Shown one piece after another: positions 32,370 to 42,767 of a stretch of 64,000 nucleotides of DNA. Origin of the DNA: Candidatus Poribacteria bacterium (GTDB lineage: Bacteria > Poribacteria > WGA-4E > UBA9662); the NCBI GenBank assembly GCA_046582655.1, contig JAYGDX010000016.1:64001-128000 (forward strand), given 5' to 3'. The notes under the pieces are model-generated. The model was not told the DNA's origin. It saw only the letters and a list, made by a program, of their open reading frames with translations, and did no database searches. The stretch's first letter is position 1. Each line of letters opens with the position of its first letter. The translations under genes were made by a program, and so were the position numbers.

Positions 32370-33488
32370 GTGATGGGAAAATTACTTGCATATCCGACTT
32401 ATGAATCAATAGACGTACGGCCGTTAATTAACTGCCAAGGAACCTATACTATCATTAGTGGATCCATTATTCTGCCTGAAGTTCGCCAGGCCATGTATTC
32501 AGCCTCACAGCAATATGTACATCTTGAAGAATTAATGGAAAAGGTCGGCTCTCGGATTGCTGAATTGATGCAGTGTGAGTGGGGATTGGTAACCAATGGT
32601 TGTGCTGCCGCTTTGTGCCAAGTTACTGCGGCTTGTGTGGCTGGAACTGATCCTGGGCACATCGTCCGACTTCCTGATACAGAAGGGATGAAGAATGAAG
32701 TTATCGTTCAGCCTTCACATCGACATGTTTATGACCACGCCGTACGTATGGCTGGCGTAAGGATAATCGAGGCCGAAACAATAACAGATCTCCAAGCCTC
32801 AATCAGCGACTCAACTGCGATGCTGTTGATATTTGGAGATGCTGCTGAAAGAGGGAAGGTCACCGTGCGGGAGATGGCTGATGTCGGTCGGCAATACGGA
32901 ATCCCGACTTTCGTTGATGCTGCTGCTGAACGTCCGGACATCCCAAACTGGTATCTTGAACAAGGCGTAGATGCTGTTGCTTATAGTGGTGGTAAGTGTT
33001 TACGTGGTCCTCAGGCTTCTGGTCTCGTCTTGGGACGTAAAGACCTGTTGCAAACTGCTTTTCTTCATGGAGCACCGCATCATTCACTGGGCCGACCAAT
33101 GAAAGTTGGTAAAGAAGAGATTATGGGACTTCTGGCAGCAGTAGAGCAGTGGATGAAACGGGATCATCAAGCGGAATGGCGAGAATGGGAGAGGCATTTA
33201 GATCTAATTGGCAGTGTCATGAAAGAGTTTGATTCTGTCACTACATCCATTCGTCAGCCGGGTAGATCCAACGTGGCACCGGTACTCGAAGTCAGCTGGG
33301 ATATTGAAGCGCTAGGAATCACTGGTACGGCGGTGGGAGAGCAATTATCTTCTGGTAAGCCGCGTATTGAGTTATCAAACCGTGAGAACGGCATCTCAAT
33401 TATGCCTTATATGATGGAAGAAGGCGATGCTGAGATCGTCGCTGACCGATTGCGGTTCGTAGTGAATCAACTCATCGAGCTGAATTGA
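32370..33488 (+). CDS. SelA-like PLP-dependent enzyme (D-glucosaminate-6-phosphate ammonia-lyase type)
   Basis: INCQGTYTIISGS, VDAAAE, YSGGKCLRGPQASG (PLP lysine), RPMKVGKEE. Confidence 0.85.
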   Translation: MMGKLLAYPTYESIDVRPLINCQGTYTIISGSIILPEVRQAMYSASQQYVHLEELMEKVGSRIAELMQCEWGLVTNGCAAALCQVTAACVAGTDPGHIVRLPDTEGMKNEVIVQPSHRHVYDHAVRMAGVRIIEAETITDLQASISDSTAMLLIFGDAAERGKVTVREMADVGRQYGIPTFVDAAAERPDIPNWYLEQGVDAVAYSGGKCLRGPQASGLVLGRKDLLQTAFLHGAPHHSLGRPMKVGKEEIMGLLAAVEQWMKRDHQAEWREWERHLDLIGSVMKEFDSVTTSIRQPGRSNVAPVLEVSWDIEALGITGTAVGEQLSSGKPRIELSNRENGISIMPYMMEEGDAEIVADRLRFVVNQLIELN

Positions 33489-33583
33489 AACATTAGAGAT
33501 TGGATTCGGCTTGATTCGTCTGTAATCAGATTGATCAAGACATATTTATTGTTAGCAGCGTTCTTCGATTTTGCAATACGATA

Positions 33584-34503
33584 ATGATTTCTATTTAGGA
33601 AGCAACTCTCAATGATAATCTAGAACTCCTTGCGCTGACGCAGGCAACTCCGATGAATGGAGTAATCTCCCTACGAATTGACAGATCACCTGCTTTTTTC
33701 AACTGCTGAAACTGCGAGGCGCCGGTAAGGTTTTTATTGCGAGAGCAGATGGCCGTATTGTCGGGTGCATTTCGGTGGCGTATCGATCGGTATTTGTGGA
33801 CGGCAAACCTCAACGAGTCGGTTACGTAGGTGATTTGAAAGTTCATCCATCATTCCAGGGAAGTCGCGTTGCTCTCAAATTAACGCAGGCACTATTTGGC
33901 TACGCGATGAGACAAGATGTGGATCTGTATTTTTGTGTTGTTGCCAGTGGAAATGAAAAGGCATTTTCATTTCTGCAAGGCAGACTAGGGATTCCACCGT
34001 TTCAATTTGTAGGTCGGTTTCGCGTTTCTGAGATTTTGACTTCAACCTAACCGATTATCCAGTAAGTCTTACGAGATTGAAGATACCAACGTGGACGATA
34101 TCCATGAGGTTTGTCGGTTGTGTAATCAATTCAACACTTCGTATCAATTTGCCCCAGTACTAACCGAAAGTGATTTTCTCTCTTCCATAAATCCCGCCGC
34201 GTCTAGTTGCCAAAAATCGGTGAGGAAATACGGATGCTTTATCTCCGTAACCTTGCCTTCAAGAATGGTCATCAGCAAGCACTACGGTATCTGCTTCAAC
34301 GTGTTCGAAACGAGGCATTTCAGAAAGGATATGTTTTCATCGCCATCGGAATTCATGAACATGATCCATTGCAGTTTGTAGTTCGCTGGCTACCCAAATT
34401 CACCTTCGTCTCACATTGTTTTGTCACAAGTACTCACAACAACCAAGACTCGCTAACCAAAATCGTTTCGGGTATCCCCATGGAGGATTATGCGCTGGTA
34501 TGA
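33584..34503 (+). pseudogene. GNAT family N-acyltransferase (gene 1 of the cluster)
   Basis: MISI*EATLNDN..PMNGVISLRIDRSPAFF / ..IVGCI..VGYVGDLKVHPSFQGSRVALKL (motif A) ../ ..EDYALV; TAG 33596, frameshift near 33697, TAA 34048, further break near 34200. Confidence 0.75.
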
Positions 34504-36136
34504 AACAAGGAAACTTGAAGGCGCAATTGGAGATTGCTACTGAATGGGCGATTGCGCTTCGGTATGAAGACATCCCTCAGCGTGTATTGGCTGTTGCGCG
34601 GCTTCAGATTGCAAACATACTGGCTGCCATATTAGCAGGGTCCCAAAGTCGTGCTGGGGTCCGAACGAAGGCAAGCTTTGAACGAACACTTGCACTGGGC
34701 CCATGCACGTTGATCCCTCATGGGGACCGATGTCCCATCTTTGATGCTGTTTATCTTCACGCTGTGTACGCCACAATGCCTTGGAACTAGATGTCTACCT
34801 ATATCGAGGACATCTGGGACAAACCGTGATTCCTGTTCCTCTTGCGTTGGCTGAGGCATTCAACCTGGATGGTAAAGCGATACTTACAGCACAAGTTGCT
34901 GCGAATGAACTGGCAGGAAGACTTGGGGCCGCCATAACTTCGGAGTTGTTGCACGGACATCAAAGGTCATATCTTCAGAGATTTGCAGCTGCAATTTGCG
35001 CTGCTAAACTACCTTCTCTTAATCAAGAATGTTTTGCTGAAGCGCTGGCAATTGCAATGACACAACCTAAATATCCGCTTCACGTTGGTGAGTTTTCTTC
35101 CGACACGAAAGTGCTTTCCGCAGCATCGTCGGTTGTAGAGGGAACGCGAAGTGCATTTCTAGCATCGGAAGGAATGACTGGAACGAGGAATATTCTTGAA
35201 CACCAAGGTGGGTTCTATCGGCAGTTCACCCTCCATCGAAATACACCACAGCCTTTTCTGCAACTGGGTGAAGCTTGGGTCACAGAGACACTTGCTTTCA
35301 AGCGATATTCTGCTTGTGCTTACGCACAGGGAGCAATTGACTGCATTCGAGTGCTTTCCCATGAAAATACCTTTGAGATCTCAGAAATCAAGAAAATCGA
35401 AATTTTCACAATGATCACTGCGCTAGTAATGGAGCATCTAGCAATCCCGCACTATAAAAGCCTATTTACACCAGTAAACGTCCAATTCTCTGTAGCAAGA
35501 TCTGTCGCCATGGCACTCTTCTACAAAGATTTGCGTGGCTATCATTTTACCCCTGAAAACTTTGAAAAAGCTCTGCCAACTATCAAGAATCTGTCAAAGC
35601 AAACCGACTCTAGACACGATTGGAAGTTGACCATCCAACTTCTCAGAGGAGTAGACGATGGGATTATTGAAGGCAGTTCGAAACACTCAGCAGGCATGCT
35701 GGAGTTTTATAGAACGTCCCCAGAATTTCGCAGGCGTTTCGTTACTATGCAATCTTTAGGTTTCAGAGATATTCCTGCGCTGCTCGCGCTCGATAAAAAA
35801 GATCTCGTGTTTTTCCTGAATCGCTTCGCTCGCGGATTTCATTCCAAGGTGCGTCCGACACGTGTTCGTGGCCCATTAGGCGATCTCAGCAAATTGTCAT
35901 GGCGGATGGGTGCACGAGTCAAGTTGACACTGGCATCTAAGGAAGTCATCGAAGCAGAAACGATTCTTCCTCCAGCATAACAGGTGATCCCCGACGAACT
36001 GATAATGGTCAGAGAGAAAATCAAAATCGAAGGTACTCCCGTTATTGGTGAAGAACCAGTAACGAAACTTTTTGAAAAAATTATGAAACTTGAATCGACG
36101 TCAATCAAAGAATTGATGTCCCTTCTACATGTTTAA
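34500..36136 (+). pseudogene. MmgE/PrpD family protein (gene 2)
   Basis: LRYEDIPQRVLAVAR, NALELD..GH, ELAGRLG, AFLASEGMTG, FKRYSACAYAQ; ATGA overlap with GNAT; frameshift near 34772; premature TAA 35978-35980 with the frame open to 36136. Confidence 0.8.
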
Positions 36137-36151
36137 TCTAAGGAGATTTTC

Positions 36152-36894
36152 ATGAATACAAGTCTGGCGAAATCCTCTACTACCGTAGATCGCTATTGTG
36201 CAGTGTTTGCCGATATTCTTTCTCAAGCTGTAACGGGTGGGCTTGTTGGCATGCAGAATTTCGCGTCGATGGTTGAGTTATATGACGATGTGGAAGAAAA
36301 GATTGAAGCCGTTGAACACACGGAAAATGAAAAATGTCATGCCGTAACATTTGAAAGTGTGGCCGAAGAGCTTGGCGTTTCAATTATCGTTAATCTTGAA
36401 GCTCCGTATTGGAAGCAGATTCGTTCAGCTTTCCTACACTGGGCGAAACAAAAGGATCTGACAGCATGTATTCTTATTCAGGAGGTTATGCTTGAATCCT
36501 TCGCGGTTTCGATGTATGGCGCCGCTAGTGATGTAGCCAAGGGAAAGAAGCTGTCACGGGTGTTAAATCCATCGCTGCTGAAGAAGCAGAACATCTTGAG
36601 CATGCTACAGAGTTGCTCTGTCAAGAACATGATCATGATCCCAATGGTTTTGAAGAAAAAGCTCGCCGTGTCCACGAAGATGTCATGCCAGTTCTAGCTG
36701 AAATGGTTGCTAAGGAGGATAGTCAGGGTATTGCGGTTTATGCAGCGGTGAATGTGAAAAAATCGCTTCATCATGTTAACTTGGATATGGTGACTTTACG
36801 TGGAAAAGCTTTAAACTATTGCTTAAGAATTCTCGATCGCATTGGATTGCCTAGTGAAAGGACGCTCGAATGGGTTGTGAACCTTCCCGTTTAG
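36152..36894 (+). pseudogene. ado: Aldehyde-deformylating oxygenase (aldehyde decarbonylase)-like ferritin-fold di-iron protein (gene 3)
   Basis: ENEKCH (ExxH), TACILIQEVMLESFAVSMY (cf. cyanobacterial TCLLIQSLIIECFAIAAY), after a -1 frameshift near 36564 SIAAEEAEH (second ExxH), C-terminal LDRIGL; AAGGAG RBS. Confidence 0.8.
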
Positions 36895-37974
36895 ATTTTG
36901 CCCTGATCGGACACTTGGAAAGTTGGGAAAAGATAGCCAACGTTATGTGTCACCTGCGGGACCCAAAATGCGGAGAACTTTCCATGGAGCAGATTCGCGA
37001 AATCGTACCGTGGATTCCACCACGAGCCACCTGTCGGATCACAATCCGGTCGCATCTGTCCGACGAATCAGTATGGGGGATCTATATTGACACCTTTATC
37101 ACACCCAATGAATTGCGTTCACAGTCTTTCAAAAAAAATTTGGTGAAGGTTCAACCAAGCTTCGCAGTATGCTATTCGCGCGGGTGCTCGCGTCGCTGCA
37201 TTGGGCGGATTTACATCGATTGTACTCGAGGGAAGCAAGGCGATTCTATCGCAAAATGCGCCGACTATTTTTACAACAAGCAATACCCTTACCGTCGCAT
37301 ACATTGTCAAAGGAGTTGAGGAGGCAATTCGTTTGCGCGGTCGGAAGTTAAATGATTGTGGCCTTCTCATCATTGGTTCAACTGGCGATATCGGATCAGG
37401 ATGTACGTACTATCTGGCTGACAAAGTCAAAGCCTTATTCCTTTGTGCACGGAATTCGGATCGGCTCCAAGTGCAACAGCGAAGACTTTGCAACCTTCAA
37501 GTCGAGAGCCATGTCGCTACATCTCCAGCAGAATTCCTTCCTGTAGCTGATATTGTCATCTGTGCAGCGAGCGTTGCTTCTCCTGCCTTTTCGCTGAGAG
37601 CTTGTAAAACTGATGCGGTGATTTGTGACGCGGGCTATCCAAAAAACATTCAACCCACTTTGGCAAATATGATAGGAGAAAGTGTGTTTTTCGGTGGGAT
37701 GGGCAGAGTTCTTGGCGGCTTGCAATGTGAACCAGATCTACGTCAGGCTTGTTATGGATACCCACTTCTGAATATTGCGCATGGATGTATGCTTGAAGGG
37801 GTACTTCTCGCATTAGAAGGACGTCATGAAGTGTTCTCACAAGGAAGAGGAAACATTAAGCCAACACGAGTTGAGGAAATTTGGCAACTCGCTCAAAAAC
37901 ACAGCTTCGTGCTTTCTCCCTTCTTTAACCAGAGAGGACTGTGGGCAAAGCAACCAAACGACGAAGAGGTATAA
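36870..37974 (+). pseudogene. aar: Long-chain acyl-ACP reductase-like enzyme (gene 4)
   Basis: FALIGHL, ALGGFTSI, FTTSNT, IGSTGDIGS, ARN, DAGYPKN, HGCMLEGVLLALEG..FSQGR collinear with cyanobacterial AAR; +1 frameshift near 37155. Confidence 0.85.
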
Positions 37975-37977
37975 GCC

Positions 37978-39085
37978 ATGAAAAATGTAGACAAAGGGCA
38001 GGTGGAGCTTTCTGAACTGCTCTTTTCCCTCAGCTGGAAGGACCCAAACTCAGATCGTGAAGCCTTACGTATATTGCCCACAGATGTTCTCCTAACCATA
38101 ACATCCGGAGGGTGTAACACCCTTGGTTTTCTCTTGCAAAATCCCAAGATCCTTTACTCGGTAGATATTAATCCATCACAGTCGTATCTCCTTGAGTTAA
38201 AGATTGCTGCTATGCGCTGATTAAGCTTTTCAGAATTTCTGGAATTTCTTGGCGTCCGTCAGACAGACAAACGCTGGGACATGTTTCAAGGAATTCAGGG
38301 AGAACTGGGTGAAAGCGCATCCTTGTTTTGGCAATCGAAAAAATTGTGGATTCAGAAAAAGGGTATTGGACAAAGGACGTTACGAAAGATTCATTGCACT
38401 TGCCCGAATCTTCCTCCACACTGTGCAAGGCCGAAAACGCATCGAAGGCCTCTTTGCCAGTCATACCCTTGAAGATCAGCAACATTATTTTGACACCATG
38501 TGGGATACTCGTCGATGGCGATCAATCTTCAAAATCTTTTTTAATAAAAAGGTGCTTGCCAAACGTGGCCTTTCGCCGGATTATTTCCATTTTGATGATG
38601 GAACCGAATCATTTGCCGAGAGCTTTTATCGCCGTTCAAAGCATGCAATGACAGAATTACCGATTGAAGGCAACTATTTTCTCTCTCAATACCTGTTGGG
38701 TCGATACCAAACAGAGATGGAGATCCCAGATTACCTTCGTCTCGAAAATTTTAAAACGATCCAAAGTCGTCTGGATAAGATACAAATCGTCACAGCTGAC
38801 GTCAAGAAATGGTTGGCTAGTCGGGAACCAACTTCCATTGATTGTCTAAGCCTCTCCAATATTTGTGAATTGATGAGTATTGAAGAAACAGCGACGACAT
38901 TTGAAGAGGTGTCACGCACCGCACGAAAGGGGGCGTGGATCTGTTTTCGAAATCTAATGATTCCAAGAACTGTTCCGGATTCTTTGTCCAATCAGATTGA
39001 ACGAGATGCTGCTTTAAGCAGCCAGCTTCATCTCAATGACCAATCGTTTGTTTATTCAAGAGTAGACGCGTTGCGGGTTGGATAG
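37978..39085 (+). pseudogene. BtaA/DUF3419-like SAM-dependent 3-amino-3-carboxypropyl transferase (gene 5)
   Basis: SWKDP (WEDP-like), ITSGGCNTL, VDINPSQ..LLELK, GRYERF, NYFL, LSNICELM, DQSFVY; in-frame TGA 38218-38220 and frameshift near 38358. Confidence 0.8.
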
Positions 39086-39266
39086 TTGATAATTCTTTTC
39101 AACCTTTTTAGGAGAAAAGTTATGCAACCGAATTAATCCGCACATATGCAAGGGCTAAAGTGTTGTCAACATCCAAAGGTCAGCAATCAGATGTTGACGG
39201 ATGAAGCAGAATATGCTAGTTTTTGGTTCAGATTTCTTGATCAAGTCTCCGAAATAAGGAGAAAGT

Positions 39267-39842
39267 ATGGAAATTTACATTAGCACGGATATCGAGACAA
39301 ATGGACCTATCCCATCTCATCATTCGATGCTAAGCTTTGGCTCGGCGGCGTTTTTTCTTGATAATACGATTGTTTCAACCTTTAGCTATAATCTGGACTT
39401 GTTGCCCAATGCAAAAGAATATCCGCCAACGATGGAATGGTGGAAGACTCAGCCGGAGGCATGGGCTGCCTGTAGGGAAAATACCGTAACACCGGCGCTG
39501 GCTATCTCAGATTATTTAGCATGGCTCGAATCCCTGCGAGGAACTCCTGTTTTTGTAGCACATCCCGTTGCTTTCGACTACGCCTTCATCTCATGGTACT
39601 TATGGGAATTTACGGGTGAAGATCCATTTAAACGTAATACGCTTGATGTTGGTTCGTTTGCCGCTGCAGTATTAAATCAGCCGGTAACAAAAGCCCAGAA
39701 ACCAGATATGCCTGAAGATTGGTTTGATCCAGATTTTGAGCATAACCATATCGCTTTAGATGATGCTATAGGTCATGCCAAGCTCGTTTGCAATATGATC
39801 CAGGCTAACCTAACAGTGCATTCATCGTCTAAAATCACCTGA
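39267..39842 (+). CDS. DEDDh 3'-5' exonuclease (RNase AS/DUF5051-like)
   Basis: STDIETNGP, AFDYAFI, HIALDDA; AAGGAG RBS. Confidence 0.8.
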   Translation: MEIYISTDIETNGPIPSHHSMLSFGSAAFFLDNTIVSTFSYNLDLLPNAKEYPPTMEWWKTQPEAWAACRENTVTPALAISDYLAWLESLRGTPVFVAHPVAFDYAFISWYLWEFTGEDPFKRNTLDVGSFAAAVLNQPVTKAQKPDMPEDWFDPDFEHNHIALDDAIGHAKLVCNMIQANLTVHSSSKIT

Positions 39843-39960
39843 GTTACGCAAGACGGAAACATAAATTACTAGTAGATTAGGAAGTCATTACCCATGCAGA
39901 TTAGTGGAGATTAATATCGGATACCACTAGAAGGTCTTGCCTGCGATAGGAAGCATATCT

Positions 39961-40707
39961 TTATTCTGTAGGGGATGATATGTGGGTTAGTGGCTCCCAA
40001 CCGAGAAGTTGCTTGGCTTTAGACAAGTTAATTTCTTTTTGTTCCGCGTCACCGGCAATAAATACAGCATTGAAGCCAGTGTGTAGAACCGAAATAGCGG
40101 AAAGGTAAGCCATTGCCAGATCCTCCTCGTCCGTCCACCAGATGTGTACTGGATTAGACTTTGGTTGAGCACGTCTCTCCAGCCACTGCTGTCTCGTCGA
40201 TGGCCCGGTGATTCGCAAAGCAATGATTGACATTTTATGTTCACGGCAGAAATATTGACAGACTTGCTCTCCAAACCCTTTGGACAATCCGTATACACCA
40301 GGATTATCTAGTGGGACTTTCTCCTCAGCGGGGAAGTGGTTACGTGTGCGTTCATGAACGGTGAAAGTGCTGGTGTAGACGCCGTGCTGAATACCCTCGG
40401 CCTTGGCTGCATGTAACAATATATGGAGTCCCATCACGTTGACTTCATGGTTAGCAATAATATCATCGAAATTAGCCACGGAAGAATTGTCACTGGTGGG
40501 TCTTCTCATTACCATGTAGACAAACGTGTCCATCCCTTTCAAGGCTTGCTGAACTATATCTGGATCAGTAACAGATCCCTCTGTATAGTCAACAGATGGA
40601 TCTCTTGGTGGAGTGAGATCGAGAATGCGGAATTGGTGATTCGGCTTCATATAAGGAAGCGTCATCGTTCCAACATGTCCTGAACCACCGACAAGTAGTA
40701 CCTTCAC
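39961..40707 (-). CDS. NAD-dependent epimerase/dehydratase family protein
   Basis: VGGSGHVG, YGLSK (YxxxK), KAKQLLGWEP. Confidence 0.85.
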   Translation of the reverse strand: MKVLLVGGSGHVGTMTLPYMKPNHQFRILDLTPPRDPSVDYTEGSVTDPDIVQQALKGMDTFVYMVMRRPTSDNSSVANFDDIIANHEVNVMGLHILLHAAKAEGIQHGVYTSTFTVHERTRNHFPAEEKVPLDNPGVYGLSKGFGEQVCQYFCREHKMSIIALRITGPSTRQQWLERRAQPKSNPVHIWWTDEEDLAMAYLSAISVLHTGFNAVFIAGDAEQKEINLSKAKQLLGWEPLTHISSPTE

Positions 40708-40728
40708 TGAAGTGTTCTCCTTTTTCAG

Positions 40729-41598
40729 TTATTCTGGACCAATTACCTTGATCCTAAGCTCTTCTGCTGTTTGATGCAGAAACATACTTGCCTTCGGTAG
40801 TTCGGATTCACTGCTTCCTTCTACAATCAGTGGATACTCCGGATTAAGAGTTTCCATTCGACGGATGTAGGTCTTGAAATCCAGCATCCCATTACCGCAA
40901 GATGCTGTCGGCAAATGGAGGGTATGGGCATTGGTGATGGTGACATCCTTGGCATGTCCGCTAACAATGTGTTTCCTCAGGATGTCAAACATGTGATTTA
41001 TGGCCTCACCAGTTCTGAAGATGGTCTTAAGCGTAATCCAGTTGGCTGGGTCAAGATCAGATTTGACCCATGGCGAATCAACTGCATCCAGTATCTCCTT
41101 GGTAACCTCCTCATTTTCAAGCACCACAAACTGATGTCCTTCTAAGCTTAGGTAAACCTGATTATCTTCAGCCGCTTTGGAGGACTCTTTCAGGCTCTTG
41201 ATCAACTGCTCGCGGCTTTCGAGGTTCCAATTGTCAGGATGAGGATTCCATGGCCCAGTTGGATTCAGCGACCCGGGGCCAGTATCAATGCCGCGGGCAC
41301 CAAGATTTCCTGCAACCCTGAGTGCTTCCTGCAGTGTTCGGACTGCTTTTTGTCGTGCAGTTTCATTCGGGTGAATCAAAGGTTGCCAGTAACCTGTAGC
41401 CTGATAAAGTCTCAGACCGTGATCAGCCAGAAGGTCACGGACTCTATGGCATTTGGCTGGTGGTGTTTCAAATGGGTCGTTGTCTCTAAAACGAGAAAAC
41501 ACACCTGAGAAGCCAAGTTCCTTAACTCTCTGGGCAATCTCCGGTGTAAAATCATCCATGTTACTGGGTAGAAATGCTCCTGACATTCCAAAACGCAT
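40729..41598 (-). CDS. Sugar phosphate isomerase/epimerase (xylose-isomerase-like TIM barrel)
   Basis: LSLEGH, LDPANW, HAKD, GNGMLDF, IVE; start set at MRFG after a GGAGG RBS. Confidence 0.85.
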   Translation of the reverse strand: MRFGMSGAFLPSNMDDFTPEIAQRVKELGFSGVFSRFRDNDPFETPPAKCHRVRDLLADHGLRLYQATGYWQPLIHPNETARQKAVRTLQEALRVAGNLGARGIDTGPGSLNPTGPWNPHPDNWNLESREQLIKSLKESSKAAEDNQVYLSLEGHQFVVLENEEVTKEILDAVDSPWVKSDLDPANWITLKTIFRTGEAINHMFDILRKHIVSGHAKDVTITNAHTLHLPTASCGNGMLDFKTYIRRMETLNPEYPLIVEGSSESELPKASMFLHQTAEELRIKVIGPE

Positions 41599-41746
41599 GA
41601 TTACCTCCATCATTAAAAAGGGGGATCAGACTTGAGTGTTTGAATTAAATCTCAATCTAGTGTTTTTTGAAATTTGATGCTCGCAACAACGCTGGTTATT
41701 CACAAGCTATGATCAAAATTCAATACGTCTATTATAGATTGAGATT

Positions 41747-42661
41747 TCAATTTTTGAGATGTTTGTCCAAGAATTTGAATGACGCCCAAACAGATCTCCA
41801 AAACCGATACAAGATTATGAGGTTGGTGTCCAAACTATGTTCTAGGCCTTTAACAATTCTGAGATTGACTTCAACTCCTTTCTCCCTTAAGGCCTGGGCG
41901 AAATCCTTTGACTGAAGGATAGGTACTAGTTGATCCTCTGCACCATGGATGATGAAGAATGGCGGATCATCGGCGGAAATGTGAAATCTTGGTGATGCAT
42001 CTCTCCATTGGCTGTCGGTGGATTTGCTATATGGCATCCCCATGAAATCAATTAGCCAAGCTCCCGCTTGTTTTGCAGCCGGAGAATCACCCAATTGATC
42101 AAGACAGATGGGTAACCGAAGATCGGCTGGTCCTGCTAGATCAACTACGCACTGTATCTTGCTACTGATCTGATCTTTTGAGTTGGCAGAATCAACGACA
42201 CCCAGTAGCGATACCAAATGTGCACCCGATGATATACCTAAACCACCGATCTTTGTCGCATCAATATTGTATTCATCCGCGTGTCTACGTACCCACCGCA
42301 CCGCCGCTTGTACATCCTCTAATTGAGCTGGGAAGGACCAATCTGGAGCAAAGCGGTGACTGACAGAAACTGCTACATAACCGCGTTTAGCTAACATCAT
42401 GGCAACTCGTTCCATGTTTACCTTATTACCCTGTCTCCAGCCCCCTCCATGAACCACCAGAACTGATGGTCGAGGCGTTGTAGGTTGCCGTCTGGGAAGA
42501 TACAAATCGAGGGATAGCTCCACCCCTTCAACACGATGGTAGACAATGTCTGACTTGGTAATCACGCTTCTGCCACAGCCTATCCAGAGAATTCCGATAT
42601 GGACAACAAAAATTGTGCTCAGAAATCCGAGAATCATTCTTAATTCTCCATTTTCTGACAC
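41747..42661 (-). CDS. Alpha/beta hydrolase (HSL/BD-FAE-like esterase)
   Basis: VHGGGW, GISSG nucleophile elbow, HGAEDQLVP, GLEH. Confidence 0.88.
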   Translation of the reverse strand: MSENGELRMILGFLSTIFVVHIGILWIGCGRSVITKSDIVYHRVEGVELSLDLYLPRRQPTTPRPSVLVVHGGGWRQGNKVNMERVAMMLAKRGYVAVSVSHRFAPDWSFPAQLEDVQAAVRWVRRHADEYNIDATKIGGLGISSGAHLVSLLGVVDSANSKDQISSKIQCVVDLAGPADLRLPICLDQLGDSPAAKQAGAWLIDFMGMPYSKSTDSQWRDASPRFHISADDPPFFIIHGAEDQLVPILQSKDFAQALREKGVEVNLRIVKGLEHSLDTNLIILYRFWRSVWASFKFLDKHLKN

Positions 42662-42767
42662 GTTCAGCCTCGTCTATACCTAGCAGTGGCAGGAAGTTTT
42701 GATATGAACTTAGATTGATGTTTCCTATTTGTCCTTATACCAGGTTTCTGATGGATCACGATTATTG

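Noticed and set aside
32370..33488. True selenocysteine synthase selA
   Set aside because: Too short, lacks the SelA N-terminal domain, no selB/selC nearby; motifs fit the DgaE-like subfamily.
38218..38220. In-frame TGA in the BtaA-like gene as selenocysteine, given the nearby SelA-like gene
   Set aside because: The position is not an evident Cys site, the gene also has a frameshift, and neighbouring genes have TAA/TAG stops; ordinary nonsense mutation is simpler.
33584..39085. Programmed frameshifting or phase variation as the cause of the broken frames
   Set aside because: Too many heterogeneous lesions, several being substitutions outside slippery or repeat tracts.
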